A DNA stretch of 17,070 nucleotides from an uncultured Pseudomonadota bacterium (GTDB lineage: Bacteria > Oederibacteriota > Muellerivitia > Muellerivitales > Muellerivitaceae). Each line of letters begins with the position of its first letter. The first letter of the stretch is position 1. Location of the stretch: the NCBI GenBank assembly GCA_963843375.1, contig CAWJKT010000023.1, positions 1 to 17,070 of the forward strand, written 5' to 3'. The position numbers and the translations under genes are program-made. Under the pieces are notes generated by a model that worked only from the letters and a program-made list of their open reading frames with translations, was not told where the DNA came from and made no database searches. Positions 10,084-17,070 of this stretch are shown here, one piece after another.

Positions 10084-10175
10084 TTCTCACTCGCTGTAAA
10101 GTGTGTGTAGTGATTGTGTTGGATGGATATTATTGGGACTCGTATAACACAAGAAAAAAATTTCGCGAAAGAAAA
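10084..10175 (-). promoter_or_regulatory. Putative promoter/operator region of the T4SS-like operon
   Basis: AT-rich. A minus-strand TAATAT lies between inverted repeats TTGTGTT (10114-10120) and AACACAA (10146-10152). Perfect palindrome TTTCGCGAAA at 10161-10170. Confidence 0.4.
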
Positions 10176-10415
10176 AATGAAAATAATTATCAAAACGAGA
10201 GAGGGTCGACAAGGTTTGTGCGAAAAACGTTTTGAGAAGAAAAAGGCTTTAGTTGGACAGAAAGGTTGCGGATTTTTTTTAAGGCTTACTGAAGATAAAC
10301 CTCTCCCGTTAGACATCATTGGTGCTCAATGACTTCAGACGGAGTAAAAGCGATTTATTACAAAAAATTATTAAGGAAAAGTGGAAAACGTTATGAGGTT
10401 GCTTTTTTTGGAAGC

Positions 10416-10694
10416 TTAGGGTTTTATTAAGTAATTACGGTCTGATAAGAAGCTGTCCACCTGCCGCATGACCTGAAATAATTCGTCCCCTTGTAGTCTG
10501 CGTTCTAGGCCTTTTTCAACGATGGTTCCGACTAACTCCAAAAGGTCAATCCGGACGTTCCGATGCCTCGCTTTCACTTCTGACGCCGAAAGCGGGATTT
10601 CTTCCAACTGTTTTTCAAAAGAATAGACTCGTTCCAAATTTGCAGTTGTTAAACAAGAATCTAGCAATTTGGCGACTATTTTTGGGTCTGACAA
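10416..10694 (-). CDS. Hypothetical helical protein (~92 aa) transcribed divergently from the XRE gene
   Basis: GGGGGT RBS-like sequence before TTG at 10694 (MSDPKIVAKLLD...). The longer predicted start at 10781 runs through the divergent promoter. Confidence 0.55.
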   Translation of the reverse strand: MSDPKIVAKLLDSCLTTANLERVYSFEKQLEEIPLSASEVKARHRNVRIDLLELVGTIVEKGLERRLQGDELFQVMRQVDSFLSDRNYLIKP

Positions 10695-10727
10695 AACAAA
10701 TACCCCCGCTTTATAGCCTGTAATTAA

Positions 10728-10782
10728 TAACGCAATAACACCACGTTTTATAATAGGGCAAATTACCGCAATATGCGGCAAT
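10728..10782 (+). promoter_or_regulatory. XRE promoter with a palindromic operator
   Basis: Perfect TATAAT at 10749-10754. Near-perfect palindrome ATTACCGCA-ATA-TGCGGCAAT (10762-10782) overlaps the ATG. A related site TAACGCAATA lies at 10728-10737. Confidence 0.55.
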
Positions 10783-11047
10783 GATCAAACAGGATTCCAA
10801 CAAAATCGTCAAAAATATTGGCCGGCGGATCGCCGAAACAAGGGAGAGCCGGGGCCTAACTCAGGCCGCCCTGGCCGATAAAACCGGAATGTCCCTAAGA
10901 TGGCTTCAACAAATCGAATCCGGGTGGGACTTCCCCATCAAAAGCCTTATCCGGATCGCCAATGCCTTAAACTGCGACTACACAGACTTTTTCCAGAAAG
11001 CGTCCACCCAACCTCGCGGCCGTGGCCGGCCTAAAAAGAGAAAATAG
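10781..11047 (+). CDS. XRE/Cro-C1 family HTH regulator with a C-terminal AT-hook-like tail
   Basis: IGRRIAETRESRGLTQAALADKTGMSLRWLQQIESG...LIRIANALNC, ending RGRGRPKKRK. Confidence 0.9.
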   Translation: MIKQDSNKIVKNIGRRIAETRESRGLTQAALADKTGMSLRWLQQIESGWDFPIKSLIRIANALNCDYTDFFQKASTQPRGRGRPKKRK

Positions 11048-11109
11048 GGAGCGGAGGACGGGATCACCGGGTTAAAAGTTTCCAAAATCCCCTCGTTTAA
11101 GAACCTTCT

Positions 11110-11676
11110 TTATTCCTTCCACACTTCGGAAGGCTCACGCGGCGGAGCGACTTTACTGGACTTCAGCACCCAACCGACGCCAGTCTTGTTATACCGGCAT
11201 AGCCATTGTTGGATGAGGTAATGTGAACGGCCAAGACGCTTTCTAACCTCTTTGACCTTCATTCCTTGGGCAAGCCATGCGAGCGCTTGAAGCTTTTCCT
11301 TTACCCATATCCGGTCTTCTTTTTTGAGATAAGATTCAATTTCCGGAAGATCCATATCCCTTTTCGCCCCGTCTTGAGTACCCCCGATTGGAATAGTTGA
11401 CAATTCTTGAAGGGGAATTCTTTTTTCAAGAAGTTTAATCATAGGGGTCAAGGTACCGCCAAGGGATACTGCGATTTTCAAAAGGGCTGGAATGCCCTCG
11501 AAACCCTTTTTTTCGTAGCGTTTCCAAAAGGCAAGCGAACAGCCACACCTGTCCGCGGCCTGTTTCTGACTAAGACCCTTTTTTATGCGGAGTTCCCGAA
11601 TCAATTCCCCAATTTTACTTTGCAAAACTTTCCGGGTCAGGATCACCTTGGCTGGTTTATTCGAAGTTGATTTCAT
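11110..11676 (-). CDS. Two-domain DNA-binding protein: N-terminal XRE HTH plus a C-terminal IS630-transposase-type HTH
   Basis: IGELIRELRIKKGLSQKQAADRCGCSLAFWKRYEK (XRE), then KEKLQALAWLAQGMKVKEVRKRLGRSHYLIQQWLCRYNKTGV (HTH typical of IS630 N-termini). AAGGGA RBS upstream. Confidence 0.78.
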   Translation of the reverse strand: MKSTSNKPAKVILTRKVLQSKIGELIRELRIKKGLSQKQAADRCGCSLAFWKRYEKKGFEGIPALLKIAVSLGGTLTPMIKLLEKRIPLQELSTIPIGGTQDGAKRDMDLPEIESYLKKEDRIWVKEKLQALAWLAQGMKVKEVRKRLGRSHYLIQQWLCRYNKTGVGWVLKSSKVAPPREPSEVWKE

Positions 11677-11749
11677 TTTGTTCCCTTATTTTGGTGGGGT
11701 TTCGTGTCCTGGGTGTCCATCTGGACGAGCTGTTGAAGGGTGTTTGGGA

Positions 11750-12424
11750 CTAATCTTTCAAGCGAAACGACTTTGGTGGGATTAGAAATTTTTTGCGGGT
11801 TTCCGCTACCGTCACCTTATTGGAACCGACCAGCAAAACCTCCGAATCATCCTTTTCAAGGTCCGGCGAAACCGGGAAAATGTTGGTGTCTTTTTTGTCC
11901 AAAACCCTTTCCAGGTGGATGATGTTATCGGCGGCCTGGATTAATTCCCGTGGTTGGGAATCGGCGAAAAGGCCAATCTCCAACTGGCGCCCGAGTTCCT
12001 TCACCTGAATCAGGACGGGGGCGTATTCCGAGTCATCAGTTAATACTATTGCCGTATCGAAACCCCCAATGGCCGCGTAATAAACCAAGTCAGAAGCGAA
12101 CTTGGTGGCCACCCCCTTTACTCTGGTGCTTCCGTCCGGAGAAATGGTTATCCGGCCAAGGCGTAGCTCCAAGAGCGGTGTTTTATCCAAGGAATCAAGG
12201 AAGGCTTGTTGGGCCTTCGCCTGATCGGGCGAAAGCTCCGGGTCGTAAGCGGAGTTGTAATAATAAATTCGGACCAGCTCCCGATCCGGTCCGGCCAAGG
12301 CTGTGGAAAGCTTGAAGTAGTCCACCCGCGTTAATCGGTTGTTGCGTTTCAGGCCAAAGTAAAAATTACTTCCGTCGATGAAAACGCCAACCCGTTCCTT
12401 TTTTAAGGGGGTGTTTTTGTTCAC
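11750..12424 (-). CDS. NYN-domain (LabA/DUF88, PIN-like) protein
   Basis: VGVFIDGSNFY...RIYYYNS...KGV...FDTAIVLTDDSEYAPVLIQVKELGRQLEI...ELIQAADNIIHL. AAAGGA RBS before GTG 12424. Confidence 0.9.
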   Translation of the reverse strand: MNKNTPLKKERVGVFIDGSNFYFGLKRNNRLTRVDYFKLSTALAGPDRELVRIYYYNSAYDPELSPDQAKAQQAFLDSLDKTPLLELRLGRITISPDGSTRVKGVATKFASDLVYYAAIGGFDTAIVLTDDSEYAPVLIQVKELGRQLEIGLFADSQPRELIQAADNIIHLERVLDKKDTNIFPVSPDLEKDDSEVLLVGSNKVTVAETRKKFLIPPKSFRLKD

Positions 12425-12455
12425 GGCTCTTTCCTTTCGTCGAAAATAACGACCG

Positions 12456-12674
12456 TTACGTCGATGAATTCTTGTTCGTCGAGTCTATGAGTTCCATTTC
12501 GTGGGGAAACCACACCTTTTCCAATGTACCAACCGTTACGAGGAAACACTCACCGGTGTTGTTCCCAAGCCTAAAAGATTGAGGACTCTTGATTACGCCT
12601 TCCTCGCGGGAAACGAGGTGGCGGACGGGGACTCCTGGTTTAAAGTCTGGCAACTGAGTTCTCTCTAATCCCAC
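12456..12674 (-). CDS. Small hypothetical protein, SH3/KOW-like beta fold
   Basis: FKPGVPVRHLVSREEGVI...CFLVTVGTLEKVWFPHEMELI matches the 'F..G..V......G.V...wf...ELE' pattern of small beta-barrel proteins. Confidence 0.55.
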   Translation of the reverse strand: MGLERTQLPDFKPGVPVRHLVSREEGVIKSPQSFRLGNNTGECFLVTVGTLEKVWFPHEMELIDSTNKNSST

Positions 12675-13244
12675 GAGGCATTTGATCCCAGGTTCGTCCG
12701 TCTAACTCCCTACCGTTTTTCTTTTTCTGAAATCCGCCCCATTGTTTGAAGAAAAAAGGAACCTTTGCATGCCAGCATTGTTTGCGAATGTCTACAACCC
12801 AATCTTTTTCAATTGGGCGGGCACCCCCTCCTGATTCCCCACCAACAATTACCCAATCGATTTTATTTAACTTAAGATTTTTTATTGGCCCCAATAATGG
12901 TTCCAAAGAGAGAAATTTAATTTTTGCTTTTGTCTTTCTTAAAGAATCAATGCGATATGTAAACCGGTCGGATTCGACACTAACACCCATCCAAATATTT
13001 GGGGACCAAGTTAAATTAGGGCTGAGTTTTTCTAAACGGTCCGACCTTTTTGTAAGAACCTGAAATTGATGCCAATGAGCTTTATTCATCATCTCAAATA
13101 TTTTTTTCACAAATTTAAAAGGAATTTCTTGGTGAAACAAGTCCGACATGGAATTTACGAATATTGTTCGAGGTTCTTTCCAAGTTAAAGGGAGGTTTAA
13201 ACGTTTGGGCCATAAACGAAGATCAAAACCTTGCTCATAGGGGT
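12640..13244 (-). CDS. DUF5131 / phage Gp37-Gp68 family protein, 5'-truncated at the junction
   Basis: PYEQGFDLRLWP..L..PLTWKEPRTIFVNSMSDLFH, FQVLTKR, NIWMGVSVE, FLSLEPLLGP, IDWVIVGGESG, VPFFFKQWGG, GRELDGRTWDQMP. The N-terminal Cys-motif region is missing. Confidence 0.92.
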
Positions 13245-13260
13245 CTAAGGCTGACTCAGG
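13240..13260. other. Abrupt junction between AT-rich and very GC-rich DNA (probable chimera)
   Basis: DUF5131 homology stops mid-gene at ~13244. Composition and codon usage change to an Actinobacteria-like style immediately afterwards. Confidence 0.75.
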
Positions 13261-13338
13261 GTGCACGCGTCTTTGGCGCCTGAGACGAGACGGACCTCGG
13301 TAGCTTCGTTATGCCAGTGACCACTGAGAGGAAATGTC

Positions 13339-14453
13339 ATGGTTGTGCCGCTTGCTGCGCGCGCGGTGATCGCGATTGTCGGCGCCCTGCTCGTGCTTAG
13401 CACGTGGGGAGCCTGATCGGCACCCTTATTGTGCCCCGTCCGGCCGGTGACCGCCTGACCCGCTGGGTTGACCGGATCATCAACTCGGCGTTTCGTGCGG
13501 TCACCAGTCGCATCGCCGATCACAGGCAGCGTGACCGGGTGCTTGCCGCGCAGGCGGCCGCCGTCCTACTGGCTCAGCTGGCGGCGTGGCTGGCGATCTT
13601 CTTCGTCGGCTATGCGCTGCTGCTGTGGCCGTTCATCGACACCGGGCTCGGGTCAGCGTTCAGCGTGGCCAGCCCCGATGTGTTCGGCCCCAACGACGCG
13701 GTAGGCAATGCGGAGAAAGTGCTCGCAGATCTCGCCGCCTTCACGGGGCTGGTAGCCGTCACGCTGCAGATCGCCTACCTGCCCACCTTGTACTCGGAGT
13801 TCAACCGGCGGGAGAACGAGGTGGCCCTGCTGAACGCCCGGGCCGGGGTTCCCTCGTGGGGGCCGGAGCTGCTGGCGCGCACCCATTACGCCCTGGGGTC
13901 GGGAGCGTCCACCATCCATACCCTGCCCGATCTTTACGCGCAGTGGGAGAACTGGGCGGCTGAGGTGGCGGAGAGTCACACCACGTATCTGCCGCTGGTG
14001 CGGTTCCGTTCCCCCCGGCCGCTGTCGTCGTGGGTCACGGCGCTGCTGGCGGTGCTGGACTCGGCAGCGCTCTACCTCGCACTGTGCCCGCAGGCCGCAC
14101 CAGTGGTGCCCGCCCGGCTTTGCCTGCGGGGCGGGTTCGAGTGCCTGACCCGGGTCGCCAGGGCGATGGGCCTCGACGTCCCCGAGGTGGTCGACCCGGC
14201 CGCCGGGATCACCCTCAGCTACGACGAGTTCCTCGACGCGGTCGCCCATATGCGGGCGGTCGACTTCCCGATCGAGCGAGACCCCGCCGACGCCTGGCCG
14301 GACTTCGTCGGCTGGCGGGTCAACTACGAGCAGGCTGCCTATGCGGTGGCGGCCGCGGTCGATGCCGTCCCGGCGATGTGGTCAGGTCCGCGAAGGCGCC
14401 GGGCTGCTGCCGTAGCCCCCATCCGGCCACCGCTCGGACGGCCGCCCAAATAG
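13339..14453 (+). CDS. Actinobacterial membrane protein related to the two-TM potassium-channel-like family (frameshift ~13407)
   Basis: GAGAGGA RBS, ATG 13339 gives MVVPLAARAVIAIVGALLVLSTW. One extra G joins GSLIGTLIVPR. Family-typical motifs LQIAYLPTLYSEFNRRE, LNARAGVPSWGPELLAR, ESHTTY..LVRFRSP, AWPDFVGWRVNYE. Confidence 0.8.
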
Positions 14454-14517
14454 GCCCCTGAACCCCGCAGCGGGGCATTTCCGCGCGGTAACTCTTACGC
14501 GGCTGCTGTGTCTGACG

Positions 14518-14750
14518 TTAGCTATGCCTGGCCAGCAGGCACAGGTAGCGCCTGAGCCTGCGCCCGGACGTCGGCTGGTAGTAGCTATCGCGCTGTGCTT
14601 TGCGGGTCACGTGTGCTCACCTCCCTCGTGCGTCCTGGCGAGCAGGGCATCAGCCCGTGCCGCGCTGGCGTCGTCGCTGTCCCTGACCTCGCTGATGAGC
14701 TGCTGCCGGACGTTGTGGGGATCCCGCAGCATCGCGTCGATCGCGTCCAC
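14518..14750 (-). pseudogene. 3' fragment of a small gene followed by a coupled 30-aa ORF
   Basis: High-GC3 minus-strand frame VDAIDAMLRDPHNVRQQLISEVRDSDDASAARADALLARTHEGGEHT ends at TGA 14607. It contains GGAGGT and overlaps GTG 14610 of MTRKAQRDSYYQPTSGRRLRRYLCLLARHS (stop at 14518). Confidence 0.4.
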
Positions 14751-14756
14751 CGGGGT

Positions 14757-15064
14757 GCGTTCGTGCTGCTGTTCCTCGCGTTCGGCTCGGGGGTGCTGCC
14801 GATCAAGGCGATCGTGACGAACGTGCTGTCGCTGTCCCCCACCTTCGGCGCGCCGGTGTAGATCTTCCAGAGGGTGCACCTGTCCGGGCTGCTGCAGTTC
14901 ACCCCGACGGGCTCGATCGAGCCGACGATGCCGATCCTGATGCTGAGCGGCCTGTCGAGGGCTACGAGGTCTTCTTGCTGTCCGGGTCCGCGAGCGGTCC
15001 GACATCACCGCCGCGGGTCGGCAGCCTCCAGCGCATCGGCGGTGTGGTCAGCCTGGTGCTGATC
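14757..15064 (+). pseudogene. Internal fragment of an MMPL/RND-family transporter
   Basis: FVLLFLAFGSGVLPIKAIVTNVLSLSPTFGAPV*IFQRVHLSGLLQFTPTGSIEPTMPILML..GLS..YEVFLLS...LQRIGGVVS. TAG replaces the usual Trp at 14859-14861, with internal deletions and no start or end of the gene. Confidence 0.8.
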
Positions 15065-15141
15065 CGCATGGCGGGCATATTCTTCGCGTCCATCCCGCGC
15101 CCGCTCCCGCCACCAGGCTCCCGCCGTAGCTGAATTTCGCC

Positions 15142-16090
15142 GTGCGGCCCCGTCCCCAGCGGCAGCTCCCCGTGCCCGGCATCGCGGACCTGGCCCGCCT
15201 CGCTATGCGGCGACTCTGGCAGCGCCTCGAAGCGGGCGAGGCAGCCGGCAGGCCCGCGAGCGCGCCAACCACGCGACCGCCGAGAAGCAGGACATCGGCG
15301 GCCCGGCCGCCTCGGTGCTCTCGGTCTCGATGAACTCGCATTCCAGGGCCAGCAGGTTCCTGATCCGGCACCGGGACTCGATGTCGGCGACGGCTTCCAG
15401 CATGCGGACCATGGCCAGGTGCGCGGCCTCCTGGGTGATGACGGTGGCCTCGGCCGCCTTCTCCCACGCCATGCGATCTGGCGAATCTGCTGCCGCGACG
15501 GCCAGGGCGTCCTGCCATGCGGACCACATGACGTCGCGGACGGCGGGCGAGGCGACCTGGCGGATGGTGGCCTTGACCGCCGTCTCGGCGGACTCGATGC
15601 GGTACGTGGCGGCGGCCGGGGCGGCGGTGCGGGCGGTGCGGGCAGCGGCGGCGCATCAGCGGAACCTGGCGATGTTCGCGGACTTGTCCTCGGTGGACGG
15701 CCGGGATGTCGGGCCGCTGGACCTGGCCCGGGCAGCCGACCCGCCAGCCGAGGGCAGCCAGGCGCAGACGGAGAACACCCGGGCCGCGGTCGAGTTCAGG
15801 CTGGACCAGCTCCGCGGCCAGTACGCGGCGGAGCCGGCCGCGGAGCAAGCCCGCGCCGATGCGGGCTTCCGCCGGTCGGGGGGGTCCACCCGCCGATCGT
15901 GCTGAATTCCGAGCCGATCATCCACGCGCCGGCCGCCCGGTCGGAGGCTAAATGGAGGATGGCCCAGATTTACCGGCGGTTCACCGACCGGCAGGAGGCC
16001 AGGCGGCAGCTCGCGGCGGCCGAGCGGGCAGCCATGCGGGCAATCGATGACTATGGCCTGGTCTGCGCTGCGCCGGGCGGGCAGCGATGA
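15142..16090 (+). CDS. Hypothetical Ala/Arg-rich helical protein (~315 aa reconstructed) containing an inverted internal segment 15302-15620; frameshifts ~15246 and ~15875
   Basis: Plus-strand coding-like signal at 15142-15301 and 15621-16090, but minus-strand coding-like signal between them. Flipping the segment gives continuous ...KQDIGGPAAATYRIESAETAVK...EFIETESTEAAGAAVRAVR... Confidence 0.55.
15302..15620. repeat. Perfect 10-bp inverted repeats bounding an inverted segment
   Basis: CCCGGCCGCC at 15302-15311 and GGCGGCCGGG at 15611-15620. Confidence 0.75.
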
Positions 16091-16266
16091 CCGCCGGGCA
16101 CCCGGCGGACGCGGACCCGGCGCCGGACACCCGCGAGCACACCTCCGAGGTGCTGGCCAGCCATCCCGGCCAGCCGGGCATCAGCGAGCAGTCGGCAACG
16201 CACGGTGCCCCGCTGCCTGCCGCCGACCACGGGGCGGCATCCGATAAGGCGAAGTACGCACCGTAG
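16087..16266 (+). CDS. Small hypothetical ORF (59 aa), translationally coupled
   Basis: ATGA overlap with the upstream stop. Reads MTAGHPADADPAPDTREHTSEVLASHPGQPG... to TAG 16264-16266. Confidence 0.3.
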   Translation: MTAGHPADADPAPDTREHTSEVLASHPGQPGISEQSATHGAPLPAADHGAASDKAKYAP

Positions 16267-16310
16267 CGGGCTGGGGGACCTTCGTCGCCGAGCGCCCGCC
16301 GCAGCCGTAG
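16248..16310 (+). pseudogene. C-terminal remnant of a GntR-type winged-helix regulator
   Basis: GEVRTVAGWGTFVAERPPQP-stop resembles the GntR wing motif G.V....G.GTFV. An in-frame TAA lies immediately upstream. Confidence 0.45.
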
Positions 16311-16479
16311 CTATACCGCCGACATCGATTGCGACCTCAGTGTCGCACCTGCCACAAACGGGTCACAGCTAGAGCAGATCGGCAAATGGCCTATTAGTGC
16401 GGAGGGATACGATAAGCGCTGCCACCCGCCATCACGGTCGGTCCCGCCGGTTACTCGATCTGCCTGTAGGGGGTCCGGC

Positions 16480-17070
16480 ATGAGAAGACAGATCATTGCT
16501 GCGCTGGGCATCGCGGTCGCCGCGGTCCTCGCGCTGTCCGCATGCGCTTCGACGGCAAGCAACGCGTCTAGCCAAGCTGCTGTTCAACCGAGCTTTACCC
16601 CGGCCTCGCAGACCTTCGACACCAGTACCCCCACCCCGTCCCCGGCCGGCCCGGATATGCTCTCAGCCGGTCAGACCGAGACTCTGCAGGACACCAGTTC
16701 CGGCGCCACCATCGGCAGCTCACTGTCGAGTCCGCCAACGTGACCACCCAGTCGGCAGACGGTTCCGGCGAACGCGCCAGCCAACGGCTACTACGTCGTT
16801 GTGCATGTCAAGGCCGCCGCCGACTCGTCCTATACCAGCGGGTGGTATGTCAGCGAAAGCGACTTCTACGACCTGGTAAACGGCCAGCACTACGGCAACG
16901 GCTACGGCAACGCGTTCCACGCGCTGGCTAGCGGCCAGGCGAACTCGCTCAGCACGCTGCTCGCGGCGGGGGAAACGACTGACGGCTGGCTGTGGTTGGA
17001 CGTACCCGCAAGACGGCGAGATCGTGTACGCCCCGACGAGTAACCTGCCGCCGATCACCAAATCGAGCTA
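16480..17070 (+). CDS. Actinobacterial lipoprotein with an extracellular Ig-like (DUF4352/MPT63-like) domain; frameshifts ~16718, ~16775, ~17012; probably runs off the window
   Basis: Lipobox LSA-C, S/T/P linker, then LTVESANVTTQ..., ANGYYVVVHVKA...VSESDFY...LAAGETTDGWLWLDVP..GEIVYAP across frames. Confidence 0.72.

Noticed and set aside
13240..13277. GGGGTCT at the junction as a Tn3-family terminal inverted repeat
   Set aside because: Only the first 7 bases match, the inner ACG-TAAG end is absent, the G run belongs to DUF5131 codons, and there is no transposase or partner end.
14463..14475. CCCCG-CAG-CGGGG hairpin as a terminator
   Set aside because: The stem is only 5 bp with a weak T tract. 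It could function but cannot be supported from sequence alone.
15048..16090. Long ORFs 15048..15848 (-) and 15419..16090 (+, 5' part) as genes
   Set aside because: They are Arg/Gly/Pro-rich off-frame translations typical of high-GC DNA. Only the 3' end of 15419..16090 looks coding.

Overview
The window looks like two unrelated DNAs joined at about 13245. Left part (1-13245, moderate to low GC by eye, probably a diderm host): a roughly 10-kb minus-strand operon from a conjugative or T4SS-like element. It reads RHH regulator > Ig-like lipoprotein > collagen/DNRLRE-like lipoprotein > outer-membrane beta-barrel > two secreted proteins > VirB2-like pilin > VirB6/TrbL-like > VirB3/PrgI-like > VirB4-like ATPase. 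Next to it is an accessory block with a divergent XRE switch, an XRE fused to an IS630-type HTH, a NYN-domain protein, a small SH3-like ORF and a 5'-truncated DUF5131 gene. Right part (13245-17070, very high GC, Actinobacteria-like): a K-channel-family-like membrane protein, an MMPL remnant, small gene fragments, a lipoprotein, and a gene containing a 319-bp segment inverted between perfect 10-bp inverted repeats. Flipping that segment restores an in-frame coding sequence. About a dozen single-base frameshifts, often in homopolymers, occur in both halves, which suggests unpolished long-read sequence. All family assignments are from motif recognition by eye, not from database searches.
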